Below, piece after piece: positions 1 through 8,566 of a DNA stretch of 64,000 nt. Numbering within the stretch: the first letter of the stretch is position 1; every line of letters begins with the position of its first letter. Below the pieces are notes generated by a model. The model ran no database searches. It saw nothing but the letters and a program-made list of their open reading frames with translations, and was not told the origin of the DNA. Made by a program: the position numbers and the translations under genes. Source of the stretch: Flavobacterium sp. (GTDB taxonomy: Bacteria; Bacteroidota; Bacteroidia; Flavobacteriales; Flavobacteriaceae); assembly GCA_017983975.1 (NCBI GenBank), contig JAGOAL010000002.1:5752-69751 (forward strand), given 5' to 3'.

Positions 1-81
1 GCAGATGAAAAAGAAATTTCTGAAGTTGTAGGTCTTTCAAAAGCCAAAAAAATTTCCGACTTTTACAAGAACAATAATTGA
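1..81 (+). CDS. uvrC: 3' end of a gene, probably excinuclease ABC subunit C (partial)
   Basis: Frame 1 reads ADEKEISEVVGLSKAKKISDFYKNNN-stop, resembling the C-terminal helix-hairpin-helix of UvrC; only 26 codons are visible. Confidence 0.55.
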   Translation, partial: ADEKEISEVVGLSKAKKISDFYKNNN

Positions 82-86
82 GTTAC

Positions 87-2288
87 ATGAAAAAACACCT
101 TTTGTTTTTAAGTTTATTAATGTTGATCCAAGTGAGTTTTGGGCAAGAACAGTCGCGCCCAAAAATTGGATTAGTTTTAAGTGGCGGTGGTGCAAAAGGG
201 TTAGCTCATATAGGGGTTTTAAAAGTAATTGATTCACTTGGTATTAAAGTAGATTATATTTCGGGTACAAGTATGGGAGCAGTAGTAGGAGGATTATATG
301 CATCAGGGTATAGTGCACATCAACTGGATTCTATTTTCTCTGCTATTGATGTGGACGCACTATTGCAAGACTACACTCCACGAGAATCAAAATCGTTTTA
401 TGAAAAAAGGAATGATGAAATTTATGCATTGACACTACCTTTTAACAATTTTAGATTAGGACTTCCGTCTGGACTTTCAAAAGGATTGTATAATTTTAAT
501 TTAATATCAAGATTAACAAAACATGTAAGTCATGTGAGAGATTTTGATGAACTTCCAATTCCTTTTTTGTGCGTAGCTACTGATGTAGAAACTGGCGAAC
601 AAATTTTACTTGATTCAGGAGTTTTAGCTCAATCAATCATTGCAAGCGGCGCGATTCCTACATTGTATAATCCGGTTGAAATTAATGGTCGACTTTTTAT
701 AGATGGTGGTGTCGTTAATAATTATCCAGTGGAAGAATTAAAGAGTAGAGGGGTTGATTTTATTATTGGCGTAGATGTTCAAGATGGTTTAAAAAATAGA
801 GAGCAGTTAAAAGATGTAACGGTAGTCCTTTCGCAAATAAACAATTTTTCTATGATAGAGAAAATGGATAGAAAACGAAGCTTGACTAATATTTATATAA
901 AACCAGATATTAAGGGTTATTCGGTTGTTTCGTTTGATAATGGTTCGGAAATTATTAAAAAAGGAACTGAAAAAGCGATGACGTATATTAATCAGTTACT
1001 TCCATTAGTTGAGAACAATAAGCGGCAAGTTAGTAAGGTGTTTCATAAAGATTCAATTTATATTGGAGAAATTACATTTAATAAATTAGAAAATTATACA
1101 CGAGCTTATATTTTAGGAAAATTAAAGATTAGAAATAACACAAAAATTTCTCATGCTCAATTAGAAAAAGGGATTTCCACTTTAAATGCCACACAAAATT
1201 TTAGCGCCATTACCTATTCTTTAGAGAAAACACAAAAAGGAGAACGATTAACCTTGAATTTAAGTGAAAATAGAAACAATACATTTTTAAAATTTGGACT
1301 GCATTATGATGATTTGTATAAAAGCGGCGTATTAGTTAATTATACCCATAAAAAGATTGTCACTAAAAATGATGTTGTTTCTTTAGATGTAATTCTTGGC
1401 GATAATTTTAGGTATAATTTTGACTATTATATCGATAATGGTTTTTATTGGAGTTTCGGATTCAATTCTAAGTTAAATTCATTCAACAGAAATATTTCAA
1501 CCGATTTTGAAAACGGAATGATTTTAACAAATTTAGGAATTAATTCAGTAAACATCGATTTTACAGATGTAACTAACCAAGTCTATGTCCAAACGATTTT
1601 TGCTCAAAAGTTTTCCTTTGGTGCCGGATTAGAATTTAAATATCTAAAAATAGAATCGCAAACGTTACAAAATACAACCCCAGTTTTTGATAAAAGTGAT
1701 TATCTTTCAGCATTTGGCTATTTAAAGTACGATTCATTTGATCAAAAATATTTTCCAAAGAAAGGCTGGTCTTTTTATGGAGAAATGAAATCATTCTTGT
1801 ATTCATCAGATTATACCCGCCAGTTTGAACGTTTTTCTATTGCTAAAGCAGAAGCAGGAATTGTTTTTGAGCCTCTAAAAAAACTAACCATTAGATCGCA
1901 ATCTGAAGTTGGTTTTGCTATTGGAGAGCGTACTATATCATTTTTCGACTTTGTTTTAGGGGGTTATGGATTTGTTCCGGCAAATAATTTTAAACCTTTT
2001 TTTGGGTATGATTTTTTAAGTTTGGCAGGTGATAGTTATGCAAAACAAACCGCAACAATTGATTATGTATTGTATAAAAAACATCACATTAATTTTACAG
2101 GAAATTTTGCTAATGTAGGCAACAGAATTTTCGAACATACCGAAGGGTGGTTAAAAAAGCCAAATTACACAGGATATGCCATAGGATATGGGATGGAATC
2201 AATCATTGGCCCGTTAGAAATTAAACATTCATGGTCGCCAGAAACAGGTAATCATTTCACATGGTTTTCTGTCGGATTTTGGTTTTAA
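87..2288 (+). CDS. Patatin-like phospholipase with POTRA-like region and C-terminal beta-barrel (PlpD/type Vd-like)
   Basis: Signal peptide; GGGAKG, GTSMG and DGG patatin motifs; C-terminal aromatic-ending beta strand (FSVGFWF); ATG at 87 preferred over TTG at 78. Confidence 0.9.
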   Translation: MKKHLLFLSLLMLIQVSFGQEQSRPKIGLVLSGGGAKGLAHIGVLKVIDSLGIKVDYISGTSMGAVVGGLYASGYSAHQLDSIFSAIDVDALLQDYTPRESKSFYEKRNDEIYALTLPFNNFRLGLPSGLSKGLYNFNLISRLTKHVSHVRDFDELPIPFLCVATDVETGEQILLDSGVLAQSIIASGAIPTLYNPVEINGRLFIDGGVVNNYPVEELKSRGVDFIIGVDVQDGLKNREQLKDVTVVLSQINNFSMIEKMDRKRSLTNIYIKPDIKGYSVVSFDNGSEIIKKGTEKAMTYINQLLPLVENNKRQVSKVFHKDSIYIGEITFNKLENYTRAYILGKLKIRNNTKISHAQLEKGISTLNATQNFSAITYSLEKTQKGERLTLNLSENRNNTFLKFGLHYDDLYKSGVLVNYTHKKIVTKNDVVSLDVILGDNFRYNFDYYIDNGFYWSFGFNSKLNSFNRNISTDFENGMILTNLGINSVNIDFTDVTNQVYVQTIFAQKFSFGAGLEFKYLKIESQTLQNTTPVFDKSDYLSAFGYLKYDSFDQKYFPKKGWSFYGEMKSFLYSSDYTRQFERFSIAKAEAGIVFEPLKKLTIRSQSEVGFAIGERTISFFDFVLGGYGFVPANNFKPFFGYDFLSLAGDSYAKQTATIDYVLYKKHHINFTGNFANVGNRIFEHTEGWLKKPNYTGYAIGYGMESIIGPLEIKHSWSPETGNHFTWFSVGFWF

Positions 2289-2354
2289 AATTAAAAAAAT
2301 AATAAAAAAATTACATTTAATGTAATTTTCTGTCGTATTGTTTTCAAAAAAGTT

Positions 2355-2362
2355 TATTTTTG
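2355..2362 (+). promoter_or_regulatory. Bacteroidota -7 promoter element (TATTTTTG) for the permease
   Basis: Matches TAnnTTTG, 25 nt upstream of ATG 2388. Confidence 0.6.
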
Positions 2363-2387
2363 AAAATCAAATTTAAAATAATTTTTT

Positions 2388-3851
2388 ATGTCTATTTGGA
2401 GAGTTAAGCCAGTTTCAGCATTTGAGGCTGATATGAAAAAAAGTGAATTGAAGCGAGTTTTAGGTAAATGGAGCTTAACAGCTATTGGTATTGGAGCTAT
2501 TATTGGTGGTGGTATTTTTGTGCTTACCGGGACAGGAGCTTATAACCATGCAGGTCCAGCATTAGCACTTTCATTTGTTATTGCAGGTATTGCCTGTGTA
2601 TTTGCAGCACTATGTTATTCAGAGTTTGCATCAATTTTACCTGTTGAAGGTTCTGCTTATGCTTATGCTTATGGAACTATCGGAGAAATTTTCGCTTGGA
2701 TTATAGGTTGGGGATTAATATTAGAATATGCAATGGGTTCTATGACTGTTGCAGTCTCATGGTCTGGCTATTTTAATAAGTTGCTCAAAATGTTTGGGAT
2801 AAAGCTCCCCGAATGGCTAACTTCTGACCCAGCAAGTTATACAGGAGAAGGATTTTCAATGAACTTACCTGCTTTCCTTATAGTTATCTTAGTAATATCT
2901 CTTCTTATAAAAGGTACGGAAAAAGCAGCAAGTGCAAATAACTTCATCGTAATATTAAAAGTTTCAGCTGTTATTTTCGTAATTATTGCAGGTGTATTTT
3001 TTATTAATGTTGATAACTGGACACCTTTCATTCCTGAAGTTCAAACAATAATGGTAGATAATAAACCTCACCAAGCTTATGGCGTGGCTGGTGTTATTTC
3101 TGGAGCGGCTGCAATTTTCTTTGCTTATGTTGGTTTCGATGCCGTTTCAACCCAAGCGGGTGAAGCTATCAATCCTAAAAAAGATGTTCCTTTCGCAATT
3201 ATTGCTTCTTTATTAGTTTGTACAGTACTTTATATTTTAGTTTCATTAGTATTAACTGGTATGATTAGTTACCAAGATTTTAATCCCCTTGGGAAATATC
3301 CTGAAGCAATTAAAGCGCCAGTTGCTTATGCCTTTGATATTGCAGGTCAAGCTTGGGCGGGATATATTATTACAATTGCTGCTACAGTTGGATTAATTTC
3401 TGTATTGATGGTAATGATCATGGGACAATCTAGAATTTTCTTGGGAATGTCTAAAGATGGTTTAATCCCTTCTGTTTTCTCTAAAATTAATCCAATTTCT
3501 GGAACACCAAAAACCAACTTAATGATTTTAGGAGGGTTTATCGCAATTGTTGCTGCATTTACACCAATTAGTAAACTAGCTGAAATGACTAGTTTTGGCA
3601 CTTTATTTGCTTTTACGATGGTGTGTGTGGCGGTTTGGATTCTAAGAGTAAAACAACCAGGTTTAGAGCGTACTTTTAAAGTTCCTGCTTTACCAGTAAT
3701 TGCCGTTTGTGGTATTCTAATTAATACTTATCTTATGATTAACTTAAGTAAAGATGCTCAAATGTTATCTTTAGGATGGTTAGCCATTGGTATTTTAATA
3801 TACTTCTTATATGGAAAACGAAACGCAAAACTAGGCAAAGAAGAACAATAA
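2388..3851 (+). CDS. APC-family (cationic amino acid transporter-like) permease
   Basis: GIGAIIGGGIF TM1 motif, CYSEFAS..P..GSAY, FFAYVGFD, about 12 TM helices. Confidence 0.9.
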   Translation: MSIWRVKPVSAFEADMKKSELKRVLGKWSLTAIGIGAIIGGGIFVLTGTGAYNHAGPALALSFVIAGIACVFAALCYSEFASILPVEGSAYAYAYGTIGEIFAWIIGWGLILEYAMGSMTVAVSWSGYFNKLLKMFGIKLPEWLTSDPASYTGEGFSMNLPAFLIVILVISLLIKGTEKAASANNFIVILKVSAVIFVIIAGVFFINVDNWTPFIPEVQTIMVDNKPHQAYGVAGVISGAAAIFFAYVGFDAVSTQAGEAINPKKDVPFAIIASLLVCTVLYILVSLVLTGMISYQDFNPLGKYPEAIKAPVAYAFDIAGQAWAGYIITIAATVGLISVLMVMIMGQSRIFLGMSKDGLIPSVFSKINPISGTPKTNLMILGGFIAIVAAFTPISKLAEMTSFGTLFAFTMVCVAVWILRVKQPGLERTFKVPALPVIAVCGILINTYLMINLSKDAQMLSLGWLAIGILIYFLYGKRNAKLGKEEQ

Positions 3852-3857
3852 AAATTT

Positions 3858-3883
3858 AAGCCACTTTTTTAGTGGCTTTTTTT
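3858..3883 (+). terminator. Intrinsic terminator after the permease
   Basis: AAGCCACT-loop-AGTGGCTT followed by a T run. Confidence 0.8.
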
Positions 3884-3906
3884 GTTTTTTTACGACATTT
3901 GTATTT

Positions 3907-3972
3907 ATGAAACCATATTGGGAAGGCTTATTATCACATTTAAAATTCCTCATCAAGAGAAATCCTGAGTGA
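3907..3972 (+). CDS. Candidate 21-aa upstream ORF/leader peptide MKPYWEGLLSHLKFLIKRNPE
   Basis: ATG 3907 to TGA 3972; lies 5 nt after a GACATTTG -7-like element and upstream of hmgA; below the ORF-track cutoff. Confidence 0.35.
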   Translation: MKPYWEGLLSHLKFLIKRNPE

Positions 3973-4059
3973 GTAATAGTTTTTTATAAAAGAATATGTT
4001 TAGATTTTAGTCTCTTACACTTCTAAACATTTAAACCTTAACATTTAAACTTAAAAAAA

Positions 4060-5217
4060 ATGCCAATATATCATAAATTGGGAGAAATTCCTCGCAAACG
4101 ACATACACAGTTTCGTAAACCAAACGGTGATTTGTATTATGAGCAACTGTTTGGAACAGTAGGTTTTGACGGAATGTCGACCAACTCCTATCATGAGCAA
4201 AGACCTACACAGGTAAAAGAAATAAGAAAACAATACAGTGTTGCGCCAAAAATCGCAAAATCAAACAACATTCAGTCTTATAAATTAAGAGGTTTTGATG
4301 TTGCTCCACAAGATGATTATTTAGAAAGTCGAAAAATTGTATTGACTAATTCAGATTGTCATATTGCGCTTGCGGCACCAAGAAAATCAACTACCGATTA
4401 TTTTTATAAAAACACCGATTCTGACGAAGTAATTTTCATTCACAAAGGAACAGGAAAACTAAGAACCATGCTTGGAAACTTAGACTTCAGTTATGGCGAT
4501 TATCTAGTAGTGCCACGTGGAATGATTTATAAAATAGATTTCGATACCGAAGATAATCGCTTGTTTATTGTTGAATCGCATGCGCCAGTATATACTCCTA
4601 AACAATATAGAAACTGGTTTGGGCAATTATTAGAACATTCGCCTTATTGTGAAAGAGACATTCGCCGTCCAGAAGAATTAGAAACCTATAATGAAACAGG
4701 AGAATTTGTCATCAAAGTAAAAAAGAAAGATGAAATTTTCGAACTAGTATATGCTTCACATCCATTTGATGTTATTGGATATGATGGGTTTAACTATCCG
4801 TATGCGTTCTCTATTCATGATTTTGAACCAATTACAGGCAGAATTCATTTACCACCTCCTGTTCATCAAACATTTGAAACAAGCGCATTTGTAATTTGTT
4901 CATTTGTACCAAGACTTTACGATTATCATCCGTTATCTATTCCAGCACCGTATAATCATAGTAACATTGATGCCGATGAGGTATTGTATTATGTAGATGG
5001 TGATTTCATGAGCAGAAACGATGTTAAACCAGGAAATATTTCATTACATCCTGCCGGAATTCCTCACGGACCACACCCAGGAGCTGCAGAAAGAAGTATT
5101 GGTAAAAAAGAAACATTAGAATTGGCAGTAATGGTCGATACTTTTAAACCTTTAATGGTTACAGAAGACGCTATGTCAATTGCAGATAATGATTATTTTA
5201 AATCGTGGTTAGATTAA
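4060..5217 (+). CDS. hmgA: Homogentisate 1,2-dioxygenase
   Basis: H.PPPVHQTF, PYNHSNIDADE and HPAGIPHGP iron-ligand motifs; adjacent to hppD. Confidence 0.95.
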   Translation: MPIYHKLGEIPRKRHTQFRKPNGDLYYEQLFGTVGFDGMSTNSYHEQRPTQVKEIRKQYSVAPKIAKSNNIQSYKLRGFDVAPQDDYLESRKIVLTNSDCHIALAAPRKSTTDYFYKNTDSDEVIFIHKGTGKLRTMLGNLDFSYGDYLVVPRGMIYKIDFDTEDNRLFIVESHAPVYTPKQYRNWFGQLLEHSPYCERDIRRPEELETYNETGEFVIKVKKKDEIFELVYASHPFDVIGYDGFNYPYAFSIHDFEPITGRIHLPPPVHQTFETSAFVICSFVPRLYDYHPLSIPAPYNHSNIDADEVLYYVDGDFMSRNDVKPGNISLHPAGIPHGPHPGAAERSIGKKETLELAVMVDTFKPLMVTEDAMSIADNDYFKSWLD

Positions 5218-5224
5218 TTTTTTT

Positions 5225-5305
5225 CAGGAGCTAATCCCGCTATTCGTTGCAATCTTTTCTTTTTTAAAGGAAAAAAGAAAAGGATTTCCACTTCTATCGG
5301 GGCTA
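5225..5305 (+). ncRNA. Flavo-1-like structured RNA/repeat
   Basis: CAGGAGCTAATCCCGCTATTCGTTGCAATCTTTT...AAAAGGATTTCCACTTCTATCGGGGCTA: nested stem (CCCG/CGGG, CTTTTCTTTTTT/AAAAAAGAAAAG) resembling the Flavo-1 motif from memory; needs an Rfam scan. Confidence 0.6.
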
Positions 5306-5336
5306 ACAACCAGTAATTATTAGTAATAAATTAAAA

Positions 5337-5374
5337 ATTCGCGCATATCCGTAAAATCCGTGTTATCCGCGTTC
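5337..5374. repeat. Degenerate ATCCG(C/T) tandem repeat
   Basis: attcgcgcat-atccgtaaa-atccgtgtt-atccgcgttc, ~9-nt period. Confidence 0.6.
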
Positions 5375-5388
5375 AAAAAATATAAAAA

Positions 5389-6552
5389 ATGAGTAAAGAA
5401 TTAAAATCAGTCGAATACGGCTTAGAAAAAATATTTGAAGGAGCACAAGACTTCCTTCCCCTTTTAGGAACAGATTACGTAGAATTATATGTGGGTAATG
5501 CTAAACAAGCCGCACATTTCTATAAAACGGCTTTCGGTTTTCAGTCATTAGCTTATGCAGGATTAGAAACTGGTGTAAAAGACAGAGCGTCTTATGTTTT
5601 AAAACAAGATAAAATACGTTTAGTATTAACAACCGCTTTAAACAGTAATTCACCTATTGGAGAACATGTTAAAAAACATGGAGATGGCGTTAAAGTCATT
5701 GCACTTTGGGTTGAAGATGCCAGAAAATCGTTTGAAGAAACTACAAAACGAGGAGCAAAACCTTATTTTGAGCCCGTTGTAGAAAAAGATGAAAATGGCG
5801 AAGCAGTTCGTGCTGGTATTTATGGCGCGTATGGAGAAACCGTATTTGTTTTTGTAGAACGTAAAAATTATAACGGAATTTTTATGCCTGGTTATCAAGA
5901 ATGGAAATCGGATTATAACCCAAAACCTGTTGGATTAAAATTTATTGACCACATGGTAGGAAATACCGGCTGGAACAGAATGAATGAAGCCGTAAAATGG
6001 TTTGAAGATGTAATGGGGTTTGTAAATTTCCTTTCTTTTGACGACAAACAAATTACTACAGAATATTCGGCATTAATGTCGAAAGTTATGAGTAACGGAA
6101 ACGGAAGAATCAAATTTCCAATTAATGAACCGGCTAATGGAAAAAAACGTTCGCAAATTGAAGAATATTTAGATTTTTATGAAGGCGAAGGTGTGCAACA
6201 TATAGCAGTTGCAACAGATGACATTATTACTACCGTTGCCGATATGCGTTCTCGTGGAATCGAATTTTTAAGTACTCCGCCACAAGCGTATTACGATGCC
6301 ATTCCAGAAAGATTGAAAGATCACATGTCTAAATTTAAAGAAGACATCAACGAACTTCAAAAATTAGGCATTATGATTGATGCCGATGAAGAAGGCTATT
6401 TATTACAAATTTTCACTAAACCAATTGAAGACCGACCAACACTTTTCTTCGAAGTTATTCAGAGAATGGGTGCAAAAGGTTTTGGAGCAGGAAATTTTAA
6501 AGCCCTTTTCGAATCGATAGAAAGAGAACAAGCATTGCGAGGAACGCTATAA
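5389..6552 (+). CDS. hppD: 4-hydroxyphenylpyruvate dioxygenase
   Basis: IDHMVGN, GVQHIA, LLQIFT and FFEVIQR..GFGAGNFKALF motifs. Confidence 0.97.
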   Translation: MSKELKSVEYGLEKIFEGAQDFLPLLGTDYVELYVGNAKQAAHFYKTAFGFQSLAYAGLETGVKDRASYVLKQDKIRLVLTTALNSNSPIGEHVKKHGDGVKVIALWVEDARKSFEETTKRGAKPYFEPVVEKDENGEAVRAGIYGAYGETVFVFVERKNYNGIFMPGYQEWKSDYNPKPVGLKFIDHMVGNTGWNRMNEAVKWFEDVMGFVNFLSFDDKQITTEYSALMSKVMSNGNGRIKFPINEPANGKKRSQIEEYLDFYEGEGVQHIAVATDDIITTVADMRSRGIEFLSTPPQAYYDAIPERLKDHMSKFKEDINELQKLGIMIDADEEGYLLQIFTKPIEDRPTLFFEVIQRMGAKGFGAGNFKALFESIEREQALRGTL

Positions 6553-6662
6553 AATCGAATTTTTATTAAACAATAATCAAAATACAACGTTGTAGTAGTG
6601 TTATTTCTGATAAAAATATGTTAAAGTTTGTTTTTTGTTGAGAATAATATAAAAAAGCACTC

Positions 6663-6670
6663 TATCTTTG
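6663..6670 (+). promoter_or_regulatory. -7 promoter element TATCTTTG driving a short non-coding transcript
   Basis: Exact TAnnTTTG with no + strand gene before the terminator at 6754-6787. Confidence 0.65.
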
Positions 6671-6674
6671 CAAA

Positions 6675-6787
6675 GCAAAAGCAGAGAGGTAGTTTGCTCT
6701 GCAATTTGTAGTAAATTTTCATAATTTATAGTTTTTTGGTTGGTTAATAGCATAAAAACTCAGTCATATTTTTGACTGGGTTTTTTT
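6675..6787 (+). ncRNA. Candidate ~110-nt small RNA
   Basis: Promoter 6663-6670, 5' hairpin GCAGAG/CTCTGC, U-rich single-stranded core, terminator AAAAACTCAGTCA/TGACTGGGTTTTT. Confidence 0.55.
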
Positions 6788-6799
6788 GTTTTACTATTT

Positions 6800-6816
6800 T
6801 TGGAACAGAAATTGCA
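6800..6816 (+). promoter_or_regulatory. Sigma54-type -24/-12 promoter candidate (TTGGAACAGAAATTGCA)
   Basis: GG 6802-6803, N10, GC 6814-6815; matches TGGCAC-N5-TTGCW with one mismatch; overlaps TATTTTTG 6795-6802. Confidence 0.5.
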
Positions 6817-6841
6817 CATTCATTAATAAATGAATCATAAA

Positions 6842-7615
6842 ATGAAAAAATTAGTAGTCCTTTTTATTCTCTTCTTTTTTACAAATTCGTTTGTTCAAAG
6901 AGAAAACGCATATACAACCGGAGAATGGTTTAAAATGAGAATTCATTATGGACTTGTAACTGCTGGTTATGCAACTCTAGAAATAAAGGAAGCAACGAAA
7001 AACAACAAGAAAGTACATCATGTTGTAGGAAAAGGTTGGACTACAGGGATGACTAAGTTTTTCTTTAAAGTTGACGATAATTACGAAAGTTATTTTGATA
7101 AAGAAACCGGAAAACCCTATCAATATGTTAGAAAAATAGATGAAGGCGGCTACACCAAAAATCAAGAAGGTTTTTTTAATCAGGCAAACAATACCGTTTT
7201 AGTCAAAGACTATAAGCATAAAACAGAATCAACTGTTACTGTTCCAGAAGAAGTTCAGGATATTGTTTCCTCTTTTTATTATCTAAGAAATCATCCCAAA
7301 ATCGATAAATTAAAACCAAATGAATCTATAGCAATTGATATGTTTTTTGATGGTGAAACTACAAAGTTTAAGTTAAAATTTTTAGGTAGAGAAGATATAA
7401 GCACTAAATTTGGAAAAGTTTCTTGCATGATATTTAGACCCTATGTACAAGCGGGAAGAGTTTTTAAAGAAGAAGAAAGTTTAACGGTTTGGATATCAGA
7501 TGATGATAATAAAATTCCTATCCGTGTAAAAGCAAGCTTAGCTGTAGGCTCATTAAAAGCAGACATTGAAGCCTTTAAAGGATTAAAGAATTCATTTAAA
7601 ATTAAAGTAAATTAA
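6842..7615 (+). CDS. DUF3108-family exported protein
   Basis: Signal peptide; GEW...RIHYG, IDEGGY, DIVSSFYYLR, VWISDD.NKIP..V motifs; alternative start at 6830. Confidence 0.8.
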   Translation: MKKLVVLFILFFFTNSFVQRENAYTTGEWFKMRIHYGLVTAGYATLEIKEATKNNKKVHHVVGKGWTTGMTKFFFKVDDNYESYFDKETGKPYQYVRKIDEGGYTKNQEGFFNQANNTVLVKDYKHKTESTVTVPEEVQDIVSSFYYLRNHPKIDKLKPNESIAIDMFFDGETTKFKLKFLGREDISTKFGKVSCMIFRPYVQAGRVFKEEESLTVWISDDDNKIPIRVKASLAVGSLKADIEAFKGLKNSFKIKVN

Positions 7616-7617
7616 TA

Positions 7618-8544
7618 ATGGAAATTACCCCAAAAATCCAAGAACAATTAAATCAATTGAATGATAAGTTTGAAGCAATCAATCAAAATACATCTACCCA
7701 TTTAGAAGGTTTATTGTGGGCAAAACCTATAACCTATTGGGATTATATTCAAACCGATGCATTGCTTAGTATACAAACACAACGTACTACATTGCCAGAT
7801 GAAATGGTTTTTGTAATGTATCATCAAGTGAACGAATTATTGTTTAAAATGATTCTTTGGGAAATGGATCAATTATGTCACAACGAACAACCTTCTACTG
7901 AATATTTCACCGAAAAATTAGGAAGAATTAGTAGATATTTTGACATGCTCACAACCTCTTTTGATATTATGAAAGACGGAATGGAGCCCGAACAATACTT
8001 GAAATTTAGAAACACTTTAACGCCTGCTAGCGGATTTCAATCGGCGCAATATCGTTTAATTGAATTTTCTTCAACCGACTTAATTAACCTAATTGACAAC
8101 CGTTTTAGGGCTTCGATAGATCGAAATACACCTTATGAACATGCTCTGGAACATTTGTATTGGCAAGCCGCAGGTAAAGATTATCATACGGGCGAAAAAT
8201 CTTATTTATTAAGCGAATTCGAACGAAAATACAAGAAAATATTTTTGGAATACATGGAAGAATACAACACCATCAATTTGTGGCGAAAATTCAAACAACT
8301 TCCTGATGCAGATCAAAAAAATCCTAGTTTAGTGGCAGCCATGCGTCATTATGATGTAACCGTAAATATTACTTGGGTAATGGGTCATTTTAATGCGGCC
8401 AAAAAATATATAGAAAGTGTGCCTGGTAATCATGAAGCCACCGGCGGAAGTGATTGGAAAAAATACATGTTGCCAAAATATCAAAAACGAATTTTCTTCC
8501 CAGAATTATGGTCGGCAGAAGAAATTGAAAATTGGGGCGCTTAA
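7618..8544 (+). CDS. kynA: Tryptophan 2,3-dioxygenase family protein
   Basis: Y.DYIQ.DALL, DEMVF..YHQ..EL.FK, FR..L.PASGFQSAQYR and ATGGS motifs. Confidence 0.9.
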   Translation: MEITPKIQEQLNQLNDKFEAINQNTSTHLEGLLWAKPITYWDYIQTDALLSIQTQRTTLPDEMVFVMYHQVNELLFKMILWEMDQLCHNEQPSTEYFTEKLGRISRYFDMLTTSFDIMKDGMEPEQYLKFRNTLTPASGFQSAQYRLIEFSSTDLINLIDNRFRASIDRNTPYEHALEHLYWQAAGKDYHTGEKSYLLSEFERKYKKIFLEYMEEYNTINLWRKFKQLPDADQKNPSLVAAMRHYDVTVNITWVMGHFNAAKKYIESVPGNHEATGGSDWKKYMLPKYQKRIFFPELWSAEEIENWGA

Positions 8545-8566
8545 CAACATTTGAAACCGAACAACA

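Noticed and set aside
87-2288. Patatin-barrel fusion as a novelty
   Set aside because: Matches the already described PlpD/type Vd architecture.
6621-6722. Minus-strand 33-aa hydrophobic ORF (MKIYYKLQSKLPLCFCFAKIECFFILFSTKNKL) as a type I toxin antisense to the sRNA
   Set aside because: No minus-strand TAnnTTTG promoter upstream, and its AKI segment is simply the reverse complement of the + strand promoter; kept only as an alternative explanation.
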